From Eledone cirrhosa (lineage: Eukaryota), in assembly GCA_964016885.1 (NCBI GenBank), contig OZ024743.1, positions 238,576,001 through 238,640,000 on the forward strand: a stretch of 64,000 nt of DNA, written 5' to 3'. Under the pieces are notes generated by a model, which was not told where the DNA came from, searched no databases, and saw nothing but the letters and a program-made list of their open reading frames with translations. This document shows, piece after piece, positions 1-13,252 of this stretch. Position numbers and translations under genes: made by a program. The stretch's first letter is position 1, and every line of letters starts with the position of its first letter.

Positions 1-535
<535 letters not shown>

Positions 536-1186
536 TGCATACACCCACACACATAAATATCCATATATATTTGCGTGCGTGTTTTGCGTTTGTATGAAAG
601 TATTTGTATTTAAAAATGAAAGATTTCAAAAGAGTTTCAAAACGCGTACATAATTGTAGATCGACGCATGCGTGTAAAGAATAAAGTGTAAATAAATCTG
701 AAAAGAATTTTATTTCATTTCATTGGTTGTTTGATGAAGTGTACAATTCTGAAATTCAGGAAGGTCTAAAACTATAGGAAACCAAACATAAAGAACAGAA
801 AAGAATAGAAAAGAATAGAAAAGAAGCAATCAATTCTTGAATTGTTGACCAAGTGTTGAAAGGTTATTGAAGTTTGATTTCCTGTTGTTATTTTGGGGGT
901 AACATCAATAAAGTCAGAAAGGAGATCGTTAGTAGCTTCTTCAACCAATGAGGAAGAATTATTTCCAAAGATGTAGACAGACACACACTTGAAAGATAAG
1001 AAAAAACAACCATTCTCTCACATCTATCTATCTGTCGGCCCCTCCGCTCTCTCATTAGTTTATTCTTTCTATCGTCCGTTTATCTGTCAATCTATTTATT
1101 ATCTGAGTGGAATACGATAGACGGAAACAATGAGATTATTTGCGTATATATATATATATATATTTATATACAAACTTATACCTATC

Positions 1187-1257
<71 letters not shown>

Positions 1258-1831
1258 TATCTCTCACTCATTCATATCTCTCTCTATCTAGCTATCTGTC
1301 TGTATAACTCTCTTTCACTCTACGTCTCTCTCTCTTTTACCATCTTACTCCAACCGATCTTCCCTTTCATTGTAAATAATCTTTCATTTCTTCAGTACTT
1401 CCGCCTTGTTCTGACTTTCAACACCAGTTCCTTACAATCTCATTTGACAGCTGTTTTTCATAAAAATACAAATTAATTAAATGGAACTATTTAAATTGGT
1501 ACTAGATTCCGGGATATTAAAATCAGCCAAAACCAGATTGAAGCAGATGTCTAGGTCCAGCCAATATTTATTAAGTTGAAATTGCTCTTGAAGAATTAAG
1601 AGATTTTCTCATTTGTTTTTCGGTTATTATAAAGAAATATACTTTTATATATTTCAGCAAATGAACGTACGCTATTGTGGAAATTCTATTTAAGTATGGA
1701 TGTGTGGTTAAGTGACTCGCTTCACATGAACATAGCCTGATGTTCGATCTCAACTGGAAAGCACATCAAGCAAGTATCCTCTAATTGTTAGAGTCTAACA
1801 TAATCAACTATTGACCAGTGAATTGTCAGTG

Positions 1832-1870
<39 letters not shown>

Positions 1871-1876
<6 letters not shown>

Positions 1877-2414
1877 TAACTCATGTCTATAGAATTAATC
1901 AGATATTAAAATATATACTATTTCTTCTTCTAATCAGCATAATCAACCATATACATAATCAAATCTAGCAAGCTTTAAGAATAAATTTTCTAACGGGGAA
2001 ATCTCCGACAAATAACTGACCGCAGCTAGTTCGCGTTAACTCCGTTCACCATTTACCAAACACTTCGGCAGCATGCAGAATCCGATCAAATACACCGTCA
2101 ACCGCTTTTTCAATCTTTTCCTTGGCAGAAATAACCTTTATTTTTAACTAGAGTCGTCGTCATTATCATTGTTGTCGGAGAAGAATTCAGCTTAGCCTGA
2201 TTTTCATTCGGGGAAGTTTATTTTTGTGAGGTGGGTGGGAATTTTAGTCCTTTACTTACTATATCTATTTGGGTGTTTGTAAAAAACTGTTTTGGGAAGA
2301 TTTCCCCGTTAGAAAGCTTGCTAGATTTGATTATGTATATGGTTGATTATGCTGATTAGAAGAAGAAATAGTATATATTTTAATATCTGATTCTATAGAC
2401 ATGAGTTATGATAT
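1871..2414. repeat. Inverted repeat (1871-2004 / 2298-2414), probable PLE terminal rearrangement
   Basis: atcataactcatgtctatagaa...ctaacggggaaatct is the reverse complement of agatttccccgttag...atgagttatgatat, with two small indels. Confidence 0.85.
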
Positions 2415-2511
2415 AATGCTCTGATTTTTTGATTTTAATTTATTAATTCTTCATTGAGCTTAAAAGTGAACAGTTGCAACACATATATGTATCCTTGATT
2501 TAATTTAATTT

Positions 2512-2579
<68 letters not shown>

Positions 2580-3132
2580 GTTTAACATTTGAAATGGCTT
2601 ATGTAGTCGATTTCTTTTGAGGTTAGGCCTTTGCGGTGTTTATTAAGTAAATATTATAAATTGTCATTTACTTTTGATTATTTGTAGCTTTTATCATAGT
2701 AAATGTTTTATCATAGTAAATGTATATTAACATTTTAAGTACCAGTTCTTTATAGTAGTCTGTATTCAAGTTGACTACAGTGTTATCTTTATCAGCTTCT
2801 TTAATAGTAATCTCAGTATTTTCTTGTTAATCAATTAGGTTCTTTGAATTATGTTTTGAGAAACTTAATTTGGTGTTTCTATTTCCAATTTGTTTCAAAG
2901 GGAATATCCATAATGTGTTCGCGGCTGGAGTCTAGAGCTTTTTCAATCTTTTCCTTGGCAGAAATAACCTTTATTTTTAACTAGAGTCGTCGTCATTATC
3001 ATTGTTGTCGGAGAAGAATTCAGCTTAGCCTGATTTTCATTCGGGGAAGTTTATTTTTGTGAGGTGGCTGGGAATTTTAGTCCTTTACTTACTATATCTA
3101 TTTGGGTGTTTGTAAAAAACTGTTTTGGGAAG
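2104..3132. repeat. 196-bp near-identical direct repeat (2104-2299 / 2937-3132)
   Basis: gctttttcaatcttttccttggcagaaataacc...tgttttgggaag occurs twice; I saw one mismatch. Confidence 0.9.
2580..2830 (-). pseudogene. Penelope-like element reverse transcriptase N-terminal fragment
   Basis: Manual minus-strand translation gives NTEITIKEADKDNTVVNLNTDYYKELVLKML...HRKGLTSKEIDYISHFKC, matching the PLE 'IIKxADKGxxVVIxNxxDY' motif. Confidence 0.7.
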
Positions 3133-3913
3133 TTTATTACCTTCGGTTTCTCATATGTGGAAGCCAGCGTGTGTCCTGGTAGTTCTGTCCACGTTCTAAA
3201 AAATATTATTTTGAGCGTAACTGTTGTTTGTTGTCTGTCTGTTTTGTGTGGGTCTTGTAGGCTGATTTGTTATGGAAATTATTGACATGTCAGGAGGTAT
3301 CTGTTAAAGTTGTACTTATGTAGGGGCTCTGTTGGAATTCCATGTGGTCTGGATGGATTTCTTCTGAAATTCGTAGGGTTTATGTTATGGAGTTGTTCTT
3401 TATTGTTTTGGACTTTGGTTCTTTGAGAGATTTCTTTTTACTTTCCTTTATTGTAGTTATTGTATGTTTCTTTCTGTTGTAGTAATTCTTTGTATTTAGT
3501 TTGGGTTGGGGAGAATTTTGTCTGTGGTTTGTGTGTGTTGAGATGGTGGTTTGACTGTTTCTGCAACGATTCTTGTTTTGTTAAATTTCTTTATGAAGAA
3601 TTTTTGAGTAGTGTATTTTCTTAAAGTGTTCTTCATATTTAAGGAAACAATGTTCATTCTATCCCATCATTGCAGTGATATACGTTCTGAGTTTTTACAA
3701 TCTTGTTTTCAGCGTATTAATATGTTTTAAAGGCTTTATCTTTAGTACATTCCTCTTCCATGTGTTGGATAATACCTTTATATTTTTGTTCTTTTGTAGT
3801 TGCTCTTAATTAAAAACATTTTATTTTCATGTTCATTTTGTTGATTGACATTTTTTCCCATAGCTTTCTGTCTTCTGGTTCGATATATATATATATGTGA
3901 AAATAAATAAATA

Positions 3914-4021
<108 letters not shown>

Positions 4022-4614
4022 ATAAATAAATAAATAAATAATAAATAAATATATATATATATATATGTAGTTTATTAATATTGCCATATGTAAATATATT
4101 AAATAGACCTGTGGTTAATTTCCTCAAAAATAGATTATCAAATTGTAAATATGATATCTAATCAAAATTTGCAACGAAGCTTGATGAATGCATTTAATGA
4201 TGAATTTAAATTAGTAACACAGGCAAATGGCGGTTCTTAATATGTGTAAATAAATGACTCTAGAGTGGTTTATCTATGTAGATTCTGATGACGTTTTTCT
4301 AATTAGCTTTTTCGTATGAACAAGATTTCGAAAACATTTTAAAGTACTTTCGTAAATAAACATTACATTTCCTTGGCTCAACTTGTTTTAGAAATGTTTT
4401 TGTAATTTGGCTGCAACAAAACATTTCACTACAGAACTTATATTTCATTTTAAGTTATTTAAATTCTTTCCTAACTATGGATTTATGAAGTACTAAATCG
4501 TGTCTTATTTATATTTCAAACACACACACACACACAGATATAGACGCACTCACACAGACACAAACACAGACACACAGACACACAGGCACACACACGCACA
4601 CACGCACACACACA

Positions 4615-4648
<34 letters not shown>

Positions 4649-5449
4649 CATATACACATATATATGATGGCTGAACTCTGCTAAGAGTATTGCAATCGCT
4701 TGTCAGATTAAAGAGTTCAGTGCACTTTTAGGCTACGGCCAGCCACACAAACCTGTAACATATCCTGAACAAGCAATGCCTCTCTGAGCATCGAAAACAC
4801 TACCCGAAAAAAAGAACTGGTCAACATCATCGGATGCTTCGGAAGCGGCAGGTTTTTTTTTCAGAGTTTTCCTCCCCTAGAAAGGTGTGTGACAACAACT
4901 GGGGGGGGGGGGGGGGGGGGGGCTTTCACTCCCAGGTGAAAAAAAATAGAAAAAGTACTATTTGGATGGGCGTTGACTCTGCTGAGTTCCCCCACCCTTT
5001 GCCGGGTCTTGTATTTCATCCCACAGGATGTCCAAATATCATCCTCCTCACCAAGCAAGATTGTTGAGGTTGCCGGTTTAGTCGCCGACGACCCGACCAT
5101 GAGACAGATTGTACTGGGTTACATGTTACCAGTAACACTCGAGAGTGACCATATATATAGAGACATACATACACACACACACACATGTATGTGTGTGTGT
5201 TTGTGTGTGTGTTTGTGTGTGGTTAAAATGTATATTCCCAAAGGACGTGCTTCGTTTGTAATGCACCACAGAACTGTAGCTACACTGCAAACCCCCCCAC
5301 ACACACATACATGTACGTATGTTATATGAATCAGGAAGTTAAGATAATTAGGTTTTATATAAGTAAATCGTTATATAAATATGTAATGTTAACGTCTCCC
5401 TGTCTCACCAATTTTTAGTGCTCAATGTATCAGATGTATGAGCAGATAT

Positions 5450-5605
5450 GGACGTGTGGAAAATAAGATAGTTTCATTACCAGGTGTTTATGGGTTCATT
5501 CCCGCTTCGTGGAATCTTGGACATGTGCCTTCTACTATATGTCCAGTTTAACCAATGCTTTGTGAGTAGCATTTGTTAGGCGGAAACTGCGAAATCTGTC
5601 GCTTA
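5450..5605 (+). mobile_element. Degenerate tRNA-type SINE
   Basis: B-box-like ggttcattccc followed by ttctactata...ttgtgagtagcatttgttaggcggaaactgcg, as I recall for an Octopus SINE family. A more decayed copy may lie near 1700-1835. Confidence 0.55.
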
Positions 5606-5789
5606 TATTTATGTGTGCGCTTGTGATTGTGTTTAAGCCCCATGACTTAGTGATTCGGCAAAACGATATCGATAAAATAAGCACAAAAACATGCAAAAAC
5701 AATGCTAGAATGATACCAACAATACTACTGTGAACTACATAGCTACCTACAGCATAATCCATAAGAACACACCATTAAGAAGAAGAACA

Positions 5790-6120
5790 AAGACGACGAC
5801 GACTATGACCACCGCCACCAACACCACCACCACCAACACCTCCATCGTCAGCACCACCTCAACAAAAGCTCTACAACGCCACCACCATACCCCAACCACC
5901 CCCACCACCCCACCCCCGTCGTCCTCACCACCTAAACAAAAACTCCACAACACAACACCACCACCACACCGCCTCCAGCACCGTCATCACCACCACCTCC
6001 ATGGTCACGACCACCTCAACAGAAACTCCACAACCCCCCACCACTACCACCACTACCATCACTACTAACAAGAATAATACTAACACAACGGACAAGTTGA
6101 GCAAGCACACTACCACGAAG
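5790..6120. repeat. CAC/ACC low-complexity tract
   Basis: Degenerate trinucleotide repeat that explains the T/P/H-rich ORF 5730-6068. Confidence 0.85.
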
Positions 6121-6425
6121 ACCGGCATTCTATTATGAGCAACCTTTCCTCCCCCAAACCAACAACCTCTCCCACCCTACCTAATCGTCTTCTTCCCCGC
6201 AGTCACATTGTAATTCCACGATGCATCAGATCTGTCAGAAGACAAATTAGTGGAGCCAATCATTTCGTCATTGGCACTGTCAAAAATATCAACGAAAGAC
6301 AATCGCCCCTTTCAGTGACGTCAATTCAAAAATGGTTCCTGCAGTTGTTATTATTGCAGAAAGATCAATCTTCAGCATAGGATCTTCCGGTTAACTGACG
6401 ACTCACTGTGATGCATATGTGTGTT

Positions 6426-6480
<55 letters not shown>

Positions 6481-6839
6481 GGAGTGAGAGAGAGAGAGTC
6501 TGTGGTGTTGAGACCGGGACTCGACAAGTTAGGGGAGTACTCTATGCATGGGAAGAACCAGAGTGGGTCTAGAGGATGATAAAAAGCCGACCGCGACTCA
6601 AGTGCTCTCAGCTTCGTTGGTGGATTTTTATCTTCCTCTCTTTCTATACATAAATACGCATTCATCACCAGGCTATAGGTTTATACGTTTGTATTCAGTG
6701 TGTACGTCTGTTGGTGATGTATGCAATATGTCTACCTATGTGTGTATGTTTGAGATAGCTCTTCATTATTCCAAACTAATATATTGCATTCCACTCCCCC
6801 TCTTCTTTTCCTCCAAGTGTGTTACTGGTACACTCTCCA

Positions 6840-7780
6840 GTAGAGGATTAATAAACTGAGAAAATTGTGTAAAGAGTGAGGAAAGTAACCTTGGTTTGGT
6901 AGATAAACAACATTTTGGCTAACATCATTTAAACAATGTGGCATTTTTACAAATTGAAAGTTGTAACCTAGATTGGTAGAAGAGACCGTGAAAATTTGTT
7001 TGATAAATTGATATGTGGTTCAGTTTATACGAGACATGGAGTAGATAAGCAAGTATCACAGGCATAGATGTGAAGATCGAAGGTGAAACCTTAAGATCAA
7101 GACTGAAAACTTAAGTAGTGCAGCTGGAGAACAATTATTAAGAATTAATTTTGTGAAGTAGAACATCAACAAGACCATATTGCTTCTGTGAAACAGACTA
7201 TGTGAAATGAAAAGAGAAACTGTCAGCCATATTGTAAGTGAATGTAACAAACTATCACAAAGGAAATACAAAAGGAGGCATGACAGCATTGGTAGAATCA
7301 TGTACCACAAGTTATGCAAGAAATATTGACAGGGCAGAACAGACGAATCGTACGAAAATCAGTCGGACTGAGTGGTAGAATAAGAAGAAATGAAGCTACT
7401 TTGAAAGGTCAACATAAACGTGGTGACGAAATACACGAGAGAAGACCTGATTTCGGTTTGCTGCAAAAGGGAAAAAAAATTACGCTGGAGAATTGATGCA
7501 GCAGCTTGAAAGAGTAAAACAGAAAAAAAGAAAAAAAGAAAAAAAGAAAAAAAGAAAAAAGAAAAAAAGAAAAAAAGAAAAAAAGAAAAAAAGAAAAAAA
7601 GAAAAAAAGAAAAAAAAAAGAAAAAAAAAAGAAAGATTGAGCGTTAATAGATGTGGACCATGAAAAACTCAGTAGCCGTACCAGTAGTTGTAGGGAGTTA
7701 CGGGGAGAGTAATAACACAAGTAAAAAGATGGATAGCAACATTTGGAATTGAGATGTGTACAAATCTTATTTAGCTTCCA
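6840..7780 (+). mobile_element. R4/Dong-clade non-LTR retrotransposon 3' remnant (zinc knuckle + restriction-like endonuclease)
   Basis: Translation from ~7195 gives RLCEMKRETVSHIVSECNKLSQRKYKRRHDSIGRIMYHKLCKKY, then ERRPDFGLL...IDAA and MWTMKNSVAVPVVVGSYG. These are CCHC-like, RHD, PD-D and PVVxG motifs. Stops and frameshifts are present. Confidence 0.85.
7520..7633. repeat. (GAAAAAAA)n octamer repeat inside the R4/Dong remnant
   Basis: Read directly. Confidence 0.9.
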
Positions 7781-7859
7781 ATACTACTAATTTTGCTAAT
7801 TCTGCCAATCCTACCGATTCTGTCTCTTCTGCCAATACTACCAATTCTCTCACCTGCCA

Positions 7860-9470
7860 TCACTCGTGAACAAAACCCCGAAATACTTGAATCTCTTCAC
7901 CTGCTTTAGTAGAACTCCTCTTATATATTGAGAGCAGTGTGCAGGCTTCCTTGAGAGGACGAGTCTTCACAGCTCTGATTTTCATTCCTGTCGTGCAGAA
8001 CTCGGCAACAATCTTATCAGGTGCATGACTGATATCACCTTCTGACGACTTATGTAATACCATGTCATCCGCAGATTCCAGCTGACTGATCCTACACCCG
8101 TTACTCTTGATATCACTTCTAACGCGGCTGCGTATGTCAATCCTGTCCACAAAGATTATGAATAGTGCAGGTGACAATATACACTATTGGTGGAGTCCGA
8201 CCCCTATATTGAATGGCTTCCACCTAATACCACACTCCTACACAACCGTCCATAACATGCCCCGTGGAACTCTTTCATATGTCTTTCCGTGGTCTACGGA
8301 AAAAAACTCTTGTGAATATTTGGTCGGGTGTCTTGCATCTGGAGCGAAAACCCCAACATTGCTCAGCTACCTTGGAGTCGACAATATCTACTGGGGAGGC
8401 TTAACAAGGAGATCGCTCTATAATTGAAGCAATCTTTCTTGTCTTCCTTTTTGAAAACTGGGATTATCACTTCCGATTGCCATTGTTTAGGTGCCTTTTC
8501 AGAGATCCAGGCCTCCAGAGATATACGAGTTGGCCAGAGCATGTAAGGCTTTTAGCATCTTAAACCGAATTTCATCTCCAGGCGGGGAAGAGAACTTCTT
8601 ATTACGAAATCGGTGGATGGTCTGCCACAATAGGTTATTTGCTGATCTGAAGTCGGATTCCTGCTTAACCCCAAGGTCCTCCCATGTCTTAAACCTGGAC
8701 CCCTTTACAGTCTCTACTGCAACTTATCGCACCTGCTTCTACTGTAAGTGCAAGAAGGAGGATTTATTTCAAAGCCAAGCTTTATAAGCCTCCTTTTTTT
8801 GTTCGGATGGCTTAGCTGACCTCTTGATTGAACCAATAGGTCCTCCTACCACCCGGCGTCACACCGAACCGCTTTCGCCCACATCATTTATTAAGTGAAG
8901 TAGAAACTGCCGAGATGAAATCCTCCACTCCGTTTCAACGTTCTCAGTTTGGTCAGGGAGTTCTCTGAATTTTGATGCAATTATATTCGCAAACCTGCTC
9001 CTGGCTTTTTTCTTTGCTAGAGCTTCCTACTTTATCCTGTATGCCGAGCTTGATCTGTAAGTTTTGGGAGCTTTGCTGGTTTTAGGTAGTCTTACGCTGC
9101 TGATAACTAGATGGTAATCAGTTGACAGCTCATACTCTCTCTTAACACGAACATTCAGCACAGAAACGAAGAGACCCAAGTCAATAACAAACTTAACTAT
9201 TGATCTCTCTTCTCGATCCCTCTCATCCCGAGTGTATTTGTGGATGTCTTTCTGTTGGAAGAACGTGTTCATAATAGAGAGCCCATTACTAGACCAGAAG
9301 TCTAATAAGGTCTCCCTATTCGATCCGTTCCTTCCAATCGCCCCTTTCCCTACCAGGTAGTCAGTACCAACATTTCATTGATGTCTCCCATTAGGATATA
9401 CGACTCAGTCGTAACTACATCTAACGTTGCAGTGACTTGTAAGTACCCCCATTCCTGTCTGCGCAATCCT
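7860..9470 (-). mobile_element. RTE-clade LINE remnant (APE endonuclease C-terminus + RT)
   Basis: ORF 9027-9272 reads NTFFQQKDIHKYT...STDYHLV (APE end). ORF 7860-8177 reads SPALFIIFVD...SADDMVL...GMKI (RT domains 4-6). Both are degenerate. Confidence 0.85.
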
Positions 9471-9779
9471 TTCTGCTACCACACCTGAATAATGGAGTTT
9501 CCATCCTCTATCCAAATCTTTATTACTAGAGGCACAGAACTTTGTTGAAGAACGACTATATGTAACCAGTAGCATCTGGCTTCCAACATAGATAGCAACA
9601 TTGCGAATTGAGGTCTGTACAGAACTTCTTCAAGAGGCAGCATTATTGGGAACGTCTCAGGTACCGAGAAAAGTTCTTCAAACAAGTAAGAAAACATCTA
9701 ATGACTCATTCTCTCAGCATCATAACCGACTTAACAACAGATTTTTTAACACGAAATGATAATAATATTTATCATTTCT

Positions 9780-9975
9780 AGCTTAGACACGAAGTCAGTA
9801 ATTTAGAGGAGAGGAAAGTCGATTAAATCGATCCCAGTACTTGACTGGTACATTATGTTATCGATTTTGGTAGAACCAAAGACCATGTTAACCTCGGTGT
9901 GATTTAAATTCAGAACGCAAAAACCCGTAACTAAATACCACGAAGATTATTGTTCAATGCTGCAATGATACTGCG
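9780..9975 (-). mobile_element. SINE family A, degenerate copy
   Basis: ccagtacttgactggtac...acctcggtgtgatttaaattcagaac is homologous to the copies at 22.3, 27.0, 40.8, 48.8, 53.8, 54.7 and 59.4 kb. Confidence 0.75.
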
Positions 9976-10734
9976 TGTCCAATGATTTTAACCAGTCAGA
10001 GAGTCAAAGAACCTAAACCCGTTTAATTAGATGTACACCAAAGCAACATTTTATATAACTAGTTTCAAAACTATAGACTACAACTTGGAACACACTTACA
10101 TACATGATTGTGAAACGAACTTCTTAACCACGTAACCATTTCTGCATTCATTTTCTGGACATAGTGTCTGAAGAACTACTATATATATAATGTTTTCTTC
10201 CACCTTACCTGTTCAAATTGAATTTAATTGCTAGCGGTTTTTATTTACCCACGTGTGACATGGGTATTTCTATGCTACAACGTTATTTTTCCTGTCTATT
10301 CTATAAAATCTAGACTGTGAGCTTATATCTGGAATCAATATTGCTAATTAATTTCACACAGCAACAACCTGTTTCAATTTCGGATCAAGAAACCGCTGTT
10401 TTACATAACAAATCAGCTGCTATGCCTGCGGTTAAAACAGATACAAAAATTCAGAAAACATCGAACCACACAGGAAATCAAACTAAATGATAATTCTATT
10501 TTGTTTATATTATTTTTTCTTTAAAAATAATATTCTTCAAATAAATTCGATTCCCTTTTGAATGTCTTTCATTTCATTGAAATTGATAATAGCCCTGGGA
10601 AAGGCATGAGCTTCCAAATTCCATTTCCAATCTGATTTTCAATACGTCAGGTTTATAGACTATATCAGAGATAACTTACTTTTAGTTCATGTCATGTACG
10701 TTAACATTTAGAATTAAGTTGGACACAGTTTCAA

Positions 10735-10975
10735 ATGTGAGGTCATGTGTTCCATTCCCGGCGGCGCGTCGTGTTCTTGAGCAAGACACTTTATTTCAAG
10801 TTGCTCCATTACACATAGCTGGCAAAAATGAGCTGTACCTGTAATTCTAGGATCCAGTTTTGTCACACACTGTGTCACACTGAACCTTCCTGAGAATTAT
10901 GTTAAAAGTACATGTGTCTGTTGAATCCTTAGCCACTAGCACGTGAATTTCTCAAAAGAGCTATTCGGGTGTTGC
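10735..10975 (+). mobile_element. SINE family B copy
   Basis: cttgagcaagacactttatttc...gagctgtacctgtaattc...agccactagcacgt is homologous to 29516-29825. Confidence 0.75.
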
Positions 10976-12079
10976 CGCCGGAGGACAATATACTTCAGTT
11001 CTCGCTATTGGTATCAGACCTGCTAACAAATGCTAACATCTTTATAAGTTTTTCTTGTCAGTGGGATTGGGGACATTACCATACAGGTTTAGGTATTATT
11101 CTGACATCATCAGTGAAACATAGCGGGTCATCCCACCAGGGCGGTGGATTGGCAGAATCGCTGGAGCGTTGGACATATGCTTTGTGGTTTTTGCTACGGT
11201 CCTAGATGTTTTATCGAACACGGAAACAAGAAAGGCAGAGTTGGCCTCCATAGGATTTGAACTCAGAACGTCGTAATTAAATAATGCAAAGCATTTTATC
11301 CGACGCTCTAACGATACTGCCAATCCACAGTCCTAAAATGCATTCATATGACAAGCAAAATATTGATAGAGTTAACATGAAGTTGTTGAGTATCACTAGG
11401 TCAAACATAGTCAAGCAGAAATACGATCAAAGCTATTCTGACAGAGAACATTCTATTCGACTTTTGTTCTTTGGTTTATCTGGAATTACAATAGATAGCG
11501 AAGTGACAGAATTGTAAGAGTCTTTGATAGACTACTTCACGTTATTCATTTAGGCTTTCTGGTTTCAAATCCAACTATGATCAACGCTTGGATGATTTGA
11601 TTTGAAATTTTGGAATCCAAACGTAAAAAATAACGGTAACAATACTCGATCGCTATAAATAATAACTGTTTTAGAATATATTTTCTGTTCCTAAGTGTAT
11701 TTTACCCGATATTGTAAAGCTAATTTATTTATAGTGATCGATTTTTACAGTTATTTCTATGTTTGGATTCCAATTTTCAAATATAAAGGGCATGAATTAG
11801 CATGGAGTTTGGACCTAGAATGTTCCCTTCTCAGGCATAAGTCCGCGCAAGATGTTTTTGGTAAAGGCCGATACAGGTTGATAGCAGTGACATCACAATT
11901 TATTTGTACCAGTTAATCGAACTCCCAACCCGACGATTGTCAGCCCACCGTAAAGAACACACAGACGCAGACACATATTCACAGACATGGGCGCGCGCAC
12001 ACACACACATATAAGTACTATATTATATATTACTACTATAGGCTAAAGGGCCTAGTACTGTCATATATATATATACTTG

Positions 12080-12156
<77 letters not shown>

Positions 12157-12157
<1 letters not shown>

Positions 12158-13052
12158 GAGGTGTGTCAGAAAAGTTCCAGGACTGATGTCGCAAAAGATT
12201 TATTTCAAACCCAAACTTCACACTAAGAGTTTTCTCTTTCAAAATAATCCCCCTGGAGTATGTAACTGTAATCTTAGCTCTCTGCAGCGATCAAACTTTT
12301 TTCTACATAATTTTATATACATGTCCTCTGTCTCAGGTCGTCAAGCAATGAGCACAGAGCAACGAACAAACTTGAAAACTCGGTCAGAAGCACTGGGATT
12401 GCTGCAGCAAGTGTATGGAGATGAGACGATGCCACGCTCACGTGTTTTTGAGTGGTGCAAGAGTTTTAAAGAAGGACGCGAGGACGTGGAAGATCACCAC
12501 AGGAGCGGAAGGCCCTCAACAACCAGGATTGAGGTCAACGTTGAGCGCGTCAGGCAGATGGTGCGTAGCGATCGTCGGCTGACTGTTCGACTGATGGCAA
12601 ATGAGCTGGGCATGAATCGGGACAGCGTCTGGAAGATTCTCACTGAAAATTTGGACATGCGGAAAGTCTGCGCGAAGATGGTGCCAAAACTGCTGAACGA
12701 TGACCAGAAGGGTCGACGCATGCAAGTGTGCCAGGACATCCTCGAGCGTCTTGAAACAGACCCAAACTTGCTAGGAACAGTCATCACCGGTGATGAGTCA
12801 TGGATCTTCGAGTACCACCCGGAGGGGAGCCGTTTTGAAGATGTGGACGACAACAAAAAGGCCGTGACGACGGAACTGCGGAGGATCCCGGAAAAATCCT
12901 TCCAGGAGTGCATGCAGGCGTGGCAGAAAAGGATGGAAAAGTGCATAAGACTTCAGGGGTATTACTTTGAAGGAGAAAACTCTTAGTGTGAAGTTTGGGT
13001 TTGAAATAAATATTTTGTGATATCAGTCCTGGAACTTTTCTGACCCACCTCG
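12157..13052 (+). mobile_element. Mariner (Tc1/mariner) element, internally deleted, 102-bp TIRs, TA flanks
   Basis: Termini are TA|CGAGGTGTGTCAGAAAAGTTCCAGGACTGAT...ATCAGTCCTGGAACTTTTCTGACCCACCTCG|TA. TIRs are at 12157-12258 and 12951-13052. Confidence 0.95.
12348..12986 (+). pseudogene. Mariner transposase with in-frame deletion of most of the DD34D catalytic domain
   Basis: Contains the HTH region (RVFEWCKSFKEGREDVED..RSGRPS), the MVPKLL linker and the first Asp in ITGDESW. It then jumps to GSRFEDV...EKCIRLQGYYFE. The HDNA and YSPDLAP motifs are absent. Confidence 0.9.
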
Positions 13053-13098
13053 TATATATATATACATAAGCAGAAACATAACAGTTAGTTCACCATAC

Positions 13099-13136
13099 CG
13101 AGAACAATTGTTTCACCTTAGCGGATCTTCAGCTCG
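13099..13136 (-). ncRNA. Minimal type I hammerhead ribozyme motif
   Basis: Minus strand reads cgag-CUGAAGA-uccgcuaaggu-GAAAcaauugUU-cucg. Stem I is cgag/cucg, stem III is palindromic and stem II is weak. Confidence 0.55.
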
Positions 13137-13192
13137 TACTTGTCACGGTTATACGGAACAGGAAGAACAATTGTTGTTCTTCTAATTATATA

Positions 13193-13244
<52 letters not shown>

Positions 13245-13252
<8 letters not shown>

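Noticed and set aside
4665-5130. Possible interspersed element with a G23 run
   Set aside because: No second copy, termini or coding motif was found in the window, so it cannot be classified.
5730-6128. Thr/Pro/His-rich ORF resembling a mucin or extensin
   Set aside because: It is explained by degenerate CAC/ACC repeats, with no splice or domain evidence. The same applies to 28116-28993 and 55194-55637.
12186-12986. SETMAR-like host gene, or ORF start at 12186
   Set aside because: There is no SET domain and the ORF is bounded by TIRs. The first 54 codons are read-through of the TIR/UTR.
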